A stretch of DNA of 63,029 nucleotides, counting the filler, from Octopus bimaculoides (taxonomy: Eukaryota): assembly GCF_001194135.2 (NCBI RefSeq). It is 3 parts of 3 records of this genome, joined end to end, with 100 filler letters (N's around TTAATTAATTAA, not from the genome) between each part and the next. Parts side by side here need not be neighbours in the genome. Positions count along the whole stretch, not along the records: positions 1 to 30,395 come from NC_068983.1; 2 more parts are not named here. The stretch is one strand, 5' to 3'. The first letter of the stretch is position 1. The number at the start of each line of letters is the position of its first letter. A program made the position numbers and the translations under genes. Positions 12,217 to 27,115 of this stretch are shown here, piece by piece. A model generated the notes under the pieces. It saw nothing but the letters and a program-made list of their open reading frames with translations, ran no database searches and was not told the DNA's origin.

Positions 12217-12523
12217 ATATGCATGTATGTATGCATGTATGTATGTATGTATACATACATATATTCATACATATATTCATACATACATACATACACAGAT
12301 ACATACGTACATATATGAACTAACTGTTACTTTCTCAGCAGGGAATTTTGTCAGTGGACAGGTCGCGTTTTCAAAGCGACAAAAATATTTTGGCAAATCA
12401 ACTTTAAATTCTGATTTAAATTCCGTGTTTTTAACTGACTAATAAATAACTTCCACGCTGCAATTGTTTTTGTTGCAGCGCACGATCTTAGAACAGGTCA
12501 CTTGCTATGCAAATACATCTCCG

Positions 12524-12579
<56 letters not shown>

Positions 12580-12847
12580 ATATAATATAATATAAATTAC
12601 AATCGGAAATACACGCGCCATGTTGCGGTAACAAAACCGCATATTTTTGAGACGAACTTTTGGAATGGAGATAGACACGCATATATATAATTAGATATGA
12701 AAACAAATATTCATACATTATGTGTTGTAGTTAATTATTTAGACATATATAGAGGCGTATCTGTTTCTACTCATCTTTATGCATAGAGACAATATCATGC
12801 ACACATGCATCTACACTAACACACAAATTCAAACATATATGTATGTG

Positions 12848-12887
<40 letters not shown>

Positions 12888-13530
12888 TGTCTGTGCCTGT
12901 GTATGCAAGTATTAATATGTATACGTATGTACAACCTAGATTGCATGCATAAATGTGGAAATCTGTTATAAATGGCAACGTAACATTGTCTATTCATATT
13001 GAGAATATTGAAAATTATGTTAATTCACTCACACAGGAATTGTGTATATAAATAATGACACCCTAATTCAATGCAGTTACTTTTATTTAATTTCTCTTCC
13101 AATGAACTCTTTATGCAATTTTAGATAGATGCTTCTCTGCCTGCATAAATAACCCTTTATTTTAGTTGAGAGTATACTGCGATTTAAATATACTGACTTA
13201 TTGCCATAATATGTTATGGTCTGAATATCTGTTTATTCTACAATAATGCAATTTTGTCACACGGTTTGCGGAATTTCCTGTAGACGATATACTCCTTATC
13301 ACTGGAGACAGGACTTTATTTTGTTCATTATTGTTAACTATCATTAGTTTCTCAACATGATCTTACGTAGCAAAGTCCTTCATGTTTGCAATGACCTGTG
13401 TTATGTCTTCGTTTCGAAGCGAAACAGCAAAAAACAGAAGCCTGTTGGAACAGCGGGAATTGGAAACACAAACATGATGAAAATCTGCATACCAGATATA
13501 TTGAATTACAAAGTGCAATCTACAACTTAC

Positions 13531-16500
13531 ATCTGTTGGAATAATTTACATTATCTAATTCTGCGTTATAAAGGGGATCGAATTCTATATTCTGAAATTA
13601 CTAGCTCATTTTAGTGTCGTACTAGTAGAGATCGACCAACACATATGACGTCATTCGTCATTTATGTGTAAGGTTTCACTGTATCATTCTGTTTCATAAC
13701 TTCGATAATATATTTTTTTAACACGTTACTTCATAATTTTACTTCCCTGCTACCTAACAAAATATGCAAATTAGATTTTACAGTTAAATGCATTGGCATT
13801 ATTTATGCACGTTTTCAGAATGACTCTTAATGCTAAATGAAATAACTTGCACTTTTTAAGGTCTCCTAAGGGATTACACATATTAATTTCAAATTTTCGC
13901 AGTGTTCAACCGGTAATTATTTTACTGACCTCGATAGGATGAAAGCCAAAGTCGACCGCAGCGGAATTTTAATTCAGAAGTTAAAGACGGACGAAATGCC
14001 ACTAAGCATTTTGCCTGCGTGCTAAGCATTTTGCCAAATCACCACATTAAAAGGAATATGCATATTAATTAGCCATTTTCAAACTATATTTTATGGCAAT
14101 AAGATGTAAGAATATTGCTAATCCTTCAGATAGCAAAATACTAAAGAAATTTGTACTGATATCATCATACTAATAATTCATAAGAAATTAACCAATAACT
14201 TAATATTTCAGTTTTGATTAAATACATGCACATCTATGAGGTGCCGCTTTCTCCAACAAGCACGAAACTTACGATTTTCGTAATATATTTGTAATTAATT
14301 CATTCCGCAAGAAATATACGTGTCTTAAAGCCGTTATTTCGATGTTTAAATAACAAGCAGCTCCTATATTGATCCCCACTTTCAAAACTATTTTAGCATA
14401 TCAAAAGAAGTAAATTGGATGAATCTCTGACATACGATGTTGTAGTGACGTCTGCCTGCACCAAACTCGTATTTTACTTTTATTTTCTCACTTGTAGCCA
14501 CAATAAAACATTTCCTATTGCCCAATATTTTCGATGAAATTTCAAATAGAACCGAGAAATCCCTTTCTAGTAAGGTTGTATAAGGCATGTGGATATTAAG
14601 CAGTCACTTCCTTCAGTGTATTTGACCAAATTGGGACTTTCTGTAATTTGTTAAGGGATTTATTATGACAATTAGAAATGGCAATTAAGGATCACTTGAA
14701 AGATTTCAGGATATATTTTAATCACAATTTTCTCTAGAAAATATTAATTTACATAATATTACGACTGAATTAACGCATTTCATGTAAATTAACTGGCCAA
14801 AAAAAATAAAAACAATTCAAGTAACTGTTAGAAAATTGGTCTCAAATCTGCTTTATATTCTGAAAAGTGTCATACGCTGGGGCACCTGAAATATGGCTCA
14901 TTCTTCAAATACACAGGAAAGTATTTTCAGAAGATGGTTACTGTGGATCTGATCTAAAATCATTTCATCTTAAAGACGAAATCACTCAAACGATTTAAAG
15001 ATAAATATTCGGGTTTCAGTAATGTTGAAGCAATAAAAATGTAACTGAAGAAGTCAGTAATTTAGTTTGGTATACAACAAACCTTTTTTTAAATATTGTC
15101 CTTTGGACATCAATAAACAGTAATTATTTTAACTAGATAGCCAAAGGTTATTTTATAGTGCGAGAATAGAAAATAATAAATCTAATCCTCGTTCAGTCAG
15201 GTTCACTCCATTAAACTCATTCAAACACACATACCCACATAATTCACTATCTTTCCTTCTTGTATTAATTGCTGAAGTGAGGTGGATTGTGTTTAAATTA
15301 TTCTAAGTGCTGAATATGCTTGCCTATAGTGCACATATTGCTTTACTCTATAATGTGCCCACCTTGTGTTATGACAATATTGATTTTTAATTTTAGTACA
15401 GAGCTGCATATCTTTATGAATTGGTTGTAACCTGGTAAATCAATTCTAATTTATTGACACCGGTAAAATGACAAAGTAAAACCGACTGACAAAAGACTGA
15501 TAATTTGCAGTGACTTAGCTTGTCTTTCAGTACTGAGATTTACATTTTCTTTCATGCTAAGAGACATGCTCCCGGCTGATAGTGGAATTGATAGCTACAA
15601 ATTCAAGATATAAGTCTAATGCAATTTTATATTATTATACGCACTTAATCGGTAATTGAATTATTTTTTCATTTACCTACGATGTTATTCCTCTAGAAAA
15701 CTCTTCAACGCCACACCATTACAACTTGTTTCTTTAGTAGAAATATTCTACATTTGCTATGGCATATTAAATCAATATGTACAGCGACAAGTGTTATAAA
15801 GTTTTATACTGGAATCATTGCTTTGATACGAGATCCTATGGAAAGCATAAAATACTGAATATAAATGTGTAATCGTCAGGCGTTTGTCTAGAAGTTAAAC
15901 AAACTATTTAACCAGAGTTTACCAGAGGACAGTGAAGTAGTATTCAAGATAGTACGAAACCGATGCCGCCCTGATAATACACGAAGTAATCGTAGTAGAT
16001 AACCTATTATTCGAGAATTATATATCTGACGTGATTTCAATATAATGAGTGTCTACTTCTTGTATGAAATTACATTTCATATAAGTTATAGTGTCCTTAC
16101 AAGTATATATATATATATATATATATATAAACGTACATACGCACATACATACGCACACACATACACACATACGCACATACATACATACAAACATACATAT
16201 GAGTGTGCATGTATATATGTATATGTGCGTGAATGTGTGTGTATGAGTGTGCGTGCTACAATAAGTAAAAATAGAATATTAGTATTTAAAATGTAATAGT
16301 GATGATGGTATTAAAATCTTGACCGCCGTCTCTTCATATCATAAAAAGTGACGTAAACGATGCATAATATGTATCGCCTGTTTCATACCAATGCTGTAAT
16401 TCTGCGTCATACCTTCCTGCACCGAACTTTTTTAAATCTCGAGCTGTTTACTCAAAATGTAGCTAGAAATATTTCGTTCAATGCTATATACATATATAAG

Positions 16501-19500
16501 AGCCCAGTTTGTTAATACACACTTACTCTCTCAAAACTCTAGTGAATCATTAATCATTCTTTGAATCGCTTCAATATCTAAGTGTCTCATAGTATTTATT
16601 GACACTGAGTGGGATTATGGTTCAGTGGAATAACTTATAAAGGGAACCGAATGGTGTGTAAAGTATTTCTTTTTTCATTTTTCTATGTTCAAAATAGGTG
16701 TTAATAGTGTAAACTTTAGTAAATTAATACGTCTCCAAAATGTATTTAAAGGAGTGATTTGAACTCGAATGTACGCACTAACGTATCGCTCATCATTTGT
16801 ACATTGCGTCTATTTTTGTCTTGTTTTCATGTATAACCTACTTGAGTGGGCCATCAAGTGGCGAAATGTGTTGAGAATGAAAACGTGTAAGAACATCACA
16901 TAGCATTGAAACGTATGTTTATACAATTTTGGAACCTTGTTTGCCACAAGAAAGAAATAACCATCACTTCAGATGTCAAGGGATTTTTTTCTGCTATTCA
17001 TTCTATATGAACATAGAACTACGTATATCAAGCTTTCAGATCAATGTATACATATGGTCTCGCATTCAATGACAATTATATGAATTTTTGTAACATTACA
17101 AACTGGTCTCTGAGATTCATCTTCCTACAGAGAGTCAAAATATTTCATGCTTCATCAGTCGATGATTTTCTACACTAACCCTCTTTGACCAATATTAGAG
17201 TAAGTTTTATATGTTTAGGATAATGCAGCTGCTTCATACTTAAATAATATATTGCCATCTGAAGGGAATATAATTGCTTACAATAACCAGGGGATTGTCA
17301 TACAAATTTTGCTTTCCTGCTTTTATGGAAATCACAAGTTTGTCTCTGACAGTGGCAAAATACCTGCTCACCTCCTGTAATGCAACCTCGTAATCTTTAC
17401 CGTATCCGATCTCACGCGCTAAATATTTTGATTACATTAGTTTATCAGAAATACATATCTACGCGGCTCCTTAGCAGTTCTATGTTTCGAAGCTTGCAAG
17501 AAAGGTGAAGCAGTTGAATTTTAGATGAGCTGTACCCATCATTAATTTCTTGGGTACTGATCAGCTAATATCAAATGATCGTAAAATAGAAGTTGTTCGC
17601 TTCTAAAGTATAATGCTTTATCTATTGGACAACTACAAACTCAGTTATAGAATAAAGCCAATCAGACAAGTATTTTTTGTAGGTAACATTACTATGAGTG
17701 CTAATAGACCAGAAGTGATTTGCAAGATTAGAACACGTTTAACTCCAAAAGTTTCTCGACTATGAATTGTTATGTTTTTTAAATATTATTCTATTGTAGA
17801 TATATGCAGTTTGATGTTATTACATTCAAGAATTTCTCATGCAATGAAGCAATATCTATCGATGTATCAAACCACAGTACACCTCTCTAACTTTAAACGA
17901 ATTTATATGAAAAAATATTGGTGATTTTTGACATTATTTTCATTCAAATTATTAGGTATTGAAATAAATTATCCCCCATTTACATAATTATTGGAAATAT
18001 TCCATCAATCGCCGCTGACCTTCTTGCTACATATTTCTATCATGACATGTTGGCTCATCTCAGAGTATTGATATTTAGCTAATACAAACATCAAAAGTAA
18101 CAGAAATATTTTTCAGGAGCCAATTACTATTTCATCTCAAATTCCATTGCAGTGGAAATTTCTCAAATTTTCTTTGATATCGCGCATAACATGTTGCAAT
18201 TATATTTTTCGACACTATTTACACACCAGCATTTCAATGAAAGAAGACTTTTCTCGACGAGATTGCCAATAACTCTTAACATCTGTTATACAGAAAAGTG
18301 TAATATTAACTGAGAGAGTAGAGCTGCGTCATGAATATGACAGTATTTCATTTGGAATCACCAAGCTTCAGGTTTCCATTCACGCTGTAGACTGAGATAT
18401 TATCCATGCTAACATGTACCAATAAAAATATGTTTAGGAAAAATCTTCAAGAAACTATAATTTTATTACAAATTAGGATCATTGTCTCTATTTTTACACG
18501 TGTAATTAGTCTATTTCAGAATATGATATCATTTTTAAGTTGAAGCGGCCCTTAATCAAAAGTTCTCGCCCAAGATGTGCCTACATTTTACTCTTTCTTT
18601 ATCTCTCTCCCCTTCTTTCTCTCACTGTATATATGTATGTACTTATGTATANNNNNNNNNNNNNNNNNNNNNNNNNNNNNNNNNNNNNNNNNNNNNNNNN
18701 NNNNNNNNNNNNNNNNNNNNNNNNNNNNNNNNNNNNNNNNNNNNNNNNNNNNNNNNNNNNNNNNNNNNNNNNNNNNNNNNNNNNNNNNNNNNNNNNNNNN
18801 NNNNNNNNNNNNNNNNNNNNNNNNNNNNNNNNNNNNNNNNNNNNNNNNNNNNNNNNNNNNNNNNNNNNNNNNNNNNNNNNNNNNNNNNNNNNNNNNNNNN
18901 NNNNNNNNNNNNNNNNNNNNNNNNNNNNNNNNNNNNNNNNNNNNNNNNNNNNNNNNNNNNNNNNNNNNNNNNNNNNNNNNNNNNNNNNNNNNNNNNNNNN
19001 NNNNNNNNNNNNNNNNNNNNNNNNNNNNNNNNNNNNNNNNNNNNNNNNNNNNNNNNNNNNNNNNNNNNNNNNNNNNNNNNTGTCTAGAAGTTAAACAAAC
19101 TATTTAACCAGAGTTTACCAGAGGACAGTGAAGTAGTATTCAAGATAGTACGAAACCGATGCCGCCCTGATAATACACGAAGTAATCGTAGTAGATAACC
19201 TATTATTCGAGAATTATATATCTGACGTGATTTCAATATAATGAGTGTCTACTTCTTGTATGAAATTACATTTCATATAAGTTATAGTGTCCTTACAAGT
19301 ATATATATATACAGTATTTCATTTGGAATCACCAAGCTTCAGGTTTCCATTCACGCTGTAGACTGAGATATTATCCATGCTAACATGTACCAATAAAAAT
19401 ATGTTTAGGAAAAATCTTCAAGAAACTATAATGTTATTACAAATTAGGATCATTGCCTCTATTTTTACACGTGTAATTAGTCTATTTCAGAATATACTTG

Positions 19501-22291
19501 CTGGCTGAATTGACATGCATAGTAAGATCTCTGACTAGAGAGAGATTGAGTTAACAAGTCCGTACTATCATATATTCGTATGTATCAACGTGCGCCCTTG
19601 TGTATGTATGTTTTTATGTATATACTTCCGTATGTATGTGTGTATGTTTCTGTTGTTGTGTGTCTTTTCTTTTCCTCCCGTTCGTTCTTGTCCTTTCTCG
19701 TTTTGCCTTAGGGAGCAGTTTTGTTTGACTGAGACAAAATGATTGCAGGATATTACACAGTATGCTATACATGTACATCTCTTCACTGTCATCCGGCCTC
19801 ATCTATACATTGATATTTTAACCCATGCAAAAGAAGAGATTTGTGCGTGGTCGATATTGACATATGCTTTTGCAAACTCAATCGCCTTATCCATCAACGA
19901 TCTCGATATCGAGAAAATTTACAATATCGAACTGTGTAAATCTGAATCTATGCTCACGCTTTGTATTCCTAAGCAAATCCAGTGAAGTGCTACTACAGGG
20001 TGTTCCAGAAATATTTACACATTGATATTTCTAAATTATTCAAAATAAACTTAAGGTTGGATACTGAAATTTGACACACACGTTCTAATGCAAATTCTCA
20101 TTCCATTGCAGTAATTACATTTCAAAATGACCACCTTTCGTCTTCAAACGAGCAGTCACTGAGTTGCATGTGCACCGTACCAATTCTTCATCCAACTTCA
20201 TCCATGAAGACAGAAGGGCTTACTTCAAATCCAACACATTTGAATAGGAGCGAGAAGAAATATTATTCTCTAAGATGGACCGGATAGCAAAGTCCATGAG
20301 ATTGATGTATGGACTTGAAGGAGGCTATATCGGCTTGTCTCAAAAAACGCTGATATACTCTTTGCACCACATTTATGTCAAATTGGATATGTGAGGCGGA
20401 ATCCCGTCTTGAAGGACGATATAAAAGTCAGCAGAGGTCTCTATAGCCCCGTGTAACTCTTTCACGTCCGACATTTCTATATAAGCTTCACTGTTGACCT
20501 TGACGCCAGCATCGATGAAGATCAAGGTAGACTTGAAACTTTCAATGTAGATGTGAATGCTGTCGAGCCGTTTCTTCTTCGAAGCTTCTGAAATGAACTG
20601 CCGGAATTGTTTTTTGTATGCAATTAGCTTTAAATCCTTTTACAAAATCCTGGTCATTGACGATTTCGAAATGTCAAGAGCTTTTGCAACTTTTCTTGCA
20701 CTACAGGGATTTCGAATCGCTCGCTTATTCACAGAAACAACAGTGTTTTTATTTTTACAAATTCATTATTTCCTACGAGGAACTGGTTGGTTAGAAGTAG
20801 TAACGGACTCCATATATCGTTTCCAGGCATTTAATACTGTTTTGCGGCACTCATTCAACTGTTTTGTTATGTCCTTGTTCCTCACTCCAGCTGCTTTCAA
20901 AGGTACAATCTGGTTACGTTTTGCTATCGATGTCATGTTTGTTTATAAACTTGCGGTAGCCGAACGAAATAATAGACACATGAGCAATTAACATAGGCAA
21001 ATTTCTATGTAAAATGTAAATAATATTACCAGAACCGATATTCTTTAGGTAGAGATTTAAACCTAGGTAAATCTTCCTGGGTCACGGAATAATTGCCCAT
21101 CGGTGAAGTGTAATAATCTCACAAATCATGCTATTAATATTCATCGGGTTTTTGGTTACTAATCCTCAAGCAGTCCTCACTGTATCTATAAATAAAATAA
21201 CGAACTAAGGAAAAGAATTCGTTCAGTGGTGGTTTGTCTCTTGTATTTCCCTATTTAGTTTTTTATTCACACACACACACACACATACACACGCACGCAC
21301 GCACACACACACACATACACACACACGCACCCCCCACACATATATATATTACTTTTCCTTTTTCCCTTTTTCCTTTTTTGTTTTTCTCCTGCCTTTACTC
21401 CTTCGATGAATTCTAAATCATTCTGACGATGTTTGTTAAACGCAACGAGATAAATGCAAATTTACTAAACAAATAACAGACTGAAACAGATGTAAATCTC
21501 TTTTAACTACAATTAAAGTATGACTATTTGATACCAATGATCAACTTCTAATTTTTAACTATTACTCCATTTCTTTTCTCAACTGTATATNNNNNNNNNN
21601 NNNNNNNNNNNNNNNNNNNNNNNNNNNNNNNNNNNNNNNNNNNNNNNNNNNNNNNNNNNNNNNNNNNNNNNNNNNNNNNNNNNNNNNNNNNNNNNNNNNN
21701 NNNNNNNNNNNNNNNNNNNNNNNNNNNNNNNNNNNNNNNNNNNNNNNNNNNNNNNNNNNNNNNNNNNNNNNNNNNNNNNNNNNNNNNNNNNNNNNNNNNN
21801 NNNNNNNNNNNNNNNNNNNNNNNNNNNNNNNNNNNNNNNNNNNNNNNNNNNNNNNNNNNNNNNNNNNNNNNNNNNNNNNNNNNNNNNNNNNNNNNNNNNN
21901 NNNNNNNNNNNNNNNNNNNNNNNNNNNNNNNNNNNNNNNNNNNNNNNNNNNNNNNNNNNNNNNNNNNNNNNNNNNNNNNNNNNNNNNNNNNNNNNNNNNN
22001 NNNNNNNNNNNNNNNNNNNNNNNNNNNNNNNNNNNNNNNNNNNNNNNNNNNNNNNNNNNNNNNNNNNNNNNNNNNNNNNNNNNNNNNNNNNNNNNNNNNN
22101 NNNNNNNNNNNNNNNNNNNNNNNNNNNNNNNNNNNNNNNNNNNNNNNNNNNNNNNNNNNNNNNNNNNNNNNNNNNNNNNNNNNNNNNNNNNNNNNNNNNN
22201 NNNNNNNNNNNNNNNNNNNNNNNNNNNNNNNNNNNNNNNNNNNNNNNNNNNNNNNNNNNNNNNNNNNNNNNNNNNNNNNNNNNNNNNNNNN

Positions 22292-22330
<39 letters not shown>

Positions 22331-22666
22331 ATCAATATATGTGTGTATGTGTGTCTGTATGAGTTAGAGGTTAAGAAACCATCTAAGGGATATTAAATAT
22401 ACAATATACTACTGGATGTGTACCTACGTATTTTTAACCAGTTGCTTACTATTGTATGGCAATATTGCAATTGAATAATAGGTATGAGTGGGGGTAAATT
22501 TTGAAATTTTCCCAGGATCTATAAGGCAAATACGAAAATGGAGTGGATATAATATCGCCAAACATTAGCCAATAAACATTCCATTACATCTAATTATTAA
22601 ATGATAACAAACATGTGTTTACGTGGTACAAGTAAATAAAGGAAATCATCCAATAAATACGTAAAT

Positions 22667-22702
<36 letters not shown>

Positions 22703-25700
22703 TTGAATGAATAATAATAGAATCTTCCAAGTCATTCTCATCACGTCAGTTACACACAGGGATGAACAGACATTGGGCAGAGATTTCATAATGGTTGAGC
22801 CTCAAGGCTTCTTCAGAGAGTACATGTGGGAATTCACTTAGAATAATAGAGTGGGGTGAATAAGATAACATAGAGTAAAATAGGTAAGCATAAGAAGTCA
22901 TGTAATGTAATATAACAGATACGGTAAGGAAAAGTTAGAATTCGTTTTAAGGTGTTAATACAATCCATGGTATTCCATCCTGTGGTAAGTAAATAGAGTC
23001 ACTCTCAGGAGGTCTATCTGTAGGCTGCGGTTTCCTACGGATCCTCATCCTATTTACCCAGACAGCACAACCATCTCTCCAGCATTCCAAACATAATTAA
23101 GCACCCCAGCAATTCATTCCAAACGAAGAAACCCTAACCACGTGCTCCCAACCAGTTTACCCAGGCAACAACAGCAGTCTCCCAGCAATCCCAATATAAT
23201 AAGTAATAATAATACTGATTTAATTAATAACAATAATAACACCAATAATAACTTCTACTAACCAAATTACAATAAACATTTTTTTAGACCAAGTGGAGAG
23301 AAACAGGGTCACACGTTGGAACAAAACTTACATGAGAAACCCAAAGTAATTAACTTATCAAAGAAAACTCTCTCTATAACAAAAATCAATATACTAGCCA
23401 AAAGTCTAAAGTTTATTCCAGCCCCACGAATATCTAACCATAATGAAATTAAAGACAATATTTCGGAATTCTGCAGAAAACTACACACTCGCAGAAGCAC
23501 TAACTGACTACAACAACGAATATGAATCACTAGTCAAAAACATAAGTAATTACGTTCCGCATTAGAGTAGGAATAAAACACTGGATGACTTCTACGATCA
23601 TATCCTAAAATTCCTTTAAACATCCCATAAACGAAAAATTAATTCGAACCTCAACAATCTAGAATGGAAAAATCTAATCGAACTACAAAACGACAAAGAC
23701 CTGAAAATTAAAGAAGCAGACAAAAGAAGTGCCGTAGTTCTGATCGACACAGAACACTATAAAAACCTAGTATAATCCATAGTAGAAAACGAGGCCTTCT
23801 ACGAAAAAGTTATGAACTATAAACAACAAAAAACAATGAAAAAATCTTGCATCCTTAATTCTTCTACATGGAAAAGGCTTGACAGCAAAAGAAACGGACT
23901 ACATCACACACTTCTAATGTAAAGCCAGTCTTTTTAAAAGCCTTCCTAAAATAAGCAAGAGCAAGATAATCAATGAAACCTGCAAATAATCACCAGGCAA
24001 ATACATAAATATCCAAGCGCCAGAAGACATAACTTTAAGACCCTTTGTAGCTGGGCAAGCCTGTGAACCCCACCGCCTAAGCAATTTTCTAGTCATCCTA
24101 TTGAAGCCCTCGCTGAAATAGATCAAAAGTTTCATTAGAGACAATTTAGACATGCTAGAACACCTACCTAAAACAATTAATGAAGAGGCAATATTGGTTA
24201 CCCTCTTCGCTTTAGCCCACATCTCACTTGCGTATAAGTGCGTAGTTCGGACGGTGCTATTGAAAATTTAGCCACGTATGGAATTTTCTTTGTTTTGAGT
24301 ATAGCCTTTACTGATATGAATATCTTCTATCCCGCCATTATTCACTTAAAGATCTCAGCATCCATATCCTGGCGCATATTCATTGTGTGCCCTAAATAGA
24401 CACACTCCTTTGCCTCCTCAATTGCATTGCTTCCTACCTATATTCGGCCTAGTGCCACGACTTCCGCTCGCACACGTTTCTTTTGATGTGGTTCATTTTC
24501 ATACCTACTGGTAAGCTTTGAGTGTCCATCTCTGTCTGCAGCTGCTCTGTGGTTTCAGCGATGTGTACAACGTCATCTGTCAATCGGAGGTGTGTTAGCT
24601 GCTCGCCGTTGATATTTAAACCACCTACACAATCAACGTCCTTGATAACAATTTCTAGACATGTGATAAAGAGTTTTAGGGAAATGGTATCTCCTTCTTG
24701 TCAAAATAGGGACATTTACTGGTGGTAATAGTAGAGATATATTTGTTGTGCCTCAAGCGATTGCATCTCTGAGCTGTTTGATGTATTGCGCCTCAATACC
24801 TTGCTGTTGTTGTCTGATCGCCTTCCAGAGAACGCGATACACGAGGTAATCTCTCATATTCCACTTCATTGCTCTCCGTTTCTCTAATACTTTCCCCTCT
24901 CCTCCGAGATTCTTCCGAGATTCTCGGGTCTGCAGTTTTTCGCTTTCCACATATAGATTTCAATTTTCTGGGCCAGTAAATTGTAAGCTTCGTCAAACTT
25001 TTCGAAGTAACATTAAATTTTTACTTCATAGCTTCCTGTAGTTGTTTCACATTAAAGGCCTTCACGCATTGATTCTTCATTGGAATATGGAGAACCATAT
25101 TCTCTCAGACTTCATTGATCATGATCGTCTGTGGCAAGCGATGGTCACTGCCTGTTTTGAATGATGCTACTATTGAGGTTTTCTGCAATATGCGCCGTTT
25201 ATCGATCAGGAGGTAATCAATTTCATTTTAGTGTTGAGCTTTCGGAGTTGTCCAAGTCCACCTCTTTCCAGGTTACTTCCTTAATAACTTGTTCTGAATG
25301 TAATTTTTTTTTTCTAATATGGTAACCAAATATCCTCTTTTGCTTTCTTTCATGGACAAAACTTGCCAACATATTTGTCTTCTTGTTGCTTCTTTCTAAG
25401 TGAATGCCTGAAACTGCATGTGTGGGATGATGTCTCCATTTGTTTCCATTGATGTACATGTGTTTCGTTTCATGTCATGCCGTAATGTATATGCATTTGA
25501 ACATTGATATCGAGACATGTATGTATGCATTTATAAGTATGCTTAAATAGATATAATTTTAATATGAAAACGAATGTGGTAGTATTTTTGCTCTATAAGC
25601 ATGCGAGTTTATACGCATGTATAATATATTCCTATTCTTCTGAAGGAACGTTTCCTGTCACAAGAATTTTCTGAATTTCTTATGGGTTTGTCTCAGGCAT

Positions 25701-27063
25701 TCAGTGCGTGTGTGTGTGTGTGTGGGCGCATGTGTGTATCCATATACATAGAGACATATATAAATAAACGATGCGTTTATAAAGGTTCACACGTTCGCAC
25801 TCAGACAACACAAAAACACGCACACACGCACATAAATCTCTACCCCTTTCCACATATAGATACAGTCGCTTTCAATACATTTGAATCATATANNNNNNNN
25901 NNNNNNNNNNNNNNNNNNNNNNNNNNNNNNNNNNNNNNNNNNNNNNNNNNNNNNNNNNNNNNNNNNNNNNNNNNNNNNNNNNNNNNNNNNNNNNNNNNNN
26001 NNNNNNNNNNNNNNNNNNNNNNNNNNNNNNNNNNNNNNNNNNNNNNNNNNNNNNNNNNNNNNNNNNNNNNNNNNNNNNNNNNNNNNNNNNNNNNNNNNNN
26101 NNNNNNNNNNNNNNNNNNNNNNNNNNNNNNNNNNNNNNNNNNNNNNNNNNNNNNNNNNNNNNNNNNNNNNNNNNNNNNTATATATATACACTCACACACA
26201 CAGTTATATATTCAGATAGGAATTTATGTATGTAAACATTATGCGTCCTAATGTGTATTTAACATTTATTTTCTGTTCGTGATTTTATTGTGAACATTCC
26301 GATAATAGTATTAAACATCGTGCTTTCGTTGTTATATTGCTTCTAGTTCAATTACCTTTGATGAAAGTCTATAAAGACTTAGGTTGCAGGAATGTATACT
26401 CCCCGCAACATATATTTCTCTACAATTTTATTGGTACATAACATGTAATATAAAGTCCATTAATGATTTTACTGCATAAGCTTTAGGGAGGCATCCAAGC
26501 AATGTTAAAATATAGACTTTTCATACGTAGTTTTAATATTCTAACTTGTAGCCGGGCTTGTAAGGAAATAATGTATACCTCGACATTAAAAATTGCTGCA
26601 ATCGTGACCTAACGGGTGAATTATTTAAAGCAAAATTCAGTATTTATACATACTTACGTATATTATAACAATTATTGTTGTTGTTATTATTAATGTATGT
26701 ACATAGACAAACAAATACTCACGGACACGGGGACACACACACACACACACACTAAAACACACTACACACACACACTTAGCCCCGGTAAAGTGTTGTCACG
26801 AAAAATATTTGTAACCTATACATAGATTTCAGTATAATGTATATCTATCTATATATCTATCTATCTATCTATCTGTAACCACCTCTCTCTGTTTCTCTCT
26901 AACACTACTGTTTCTATGTGGCCTGCTTGTTTGTTGCACCTTGTATACCATGTTTGTCCTTGTTCTCTTGCCACGTCATGTACCCAGTTATGTATCTATA
27001 TGTACATGTGGATGAACGTATATACATACATGTACATATATATGCATATACTCATATATTGTT

Positions 27064-27115
<52 letters not shown>

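Noticed and set aside
12030-12370. Strong plus-strand branch point/acceptor motifs at ~12070 and ~12340
   Set aside because: No matching strong donors or sustained reading frame; expected by chance in AT-rich DNA.
10943-12997. ORFs rich in CV, HT and YI
   Set aside because: Translations of (TG)n, (CA)n and (TA)n microsatellites.
17120-17160. Minus-strand ctgatgaagcatgaaat as a further hammerhead
   Set aside because: Only about 5 nt between CUGAUGA and GAAA; stem II cannot form.
18540-26251. Long ORFs filled with X
   Set aside because: They are open only because they cross N gaps.
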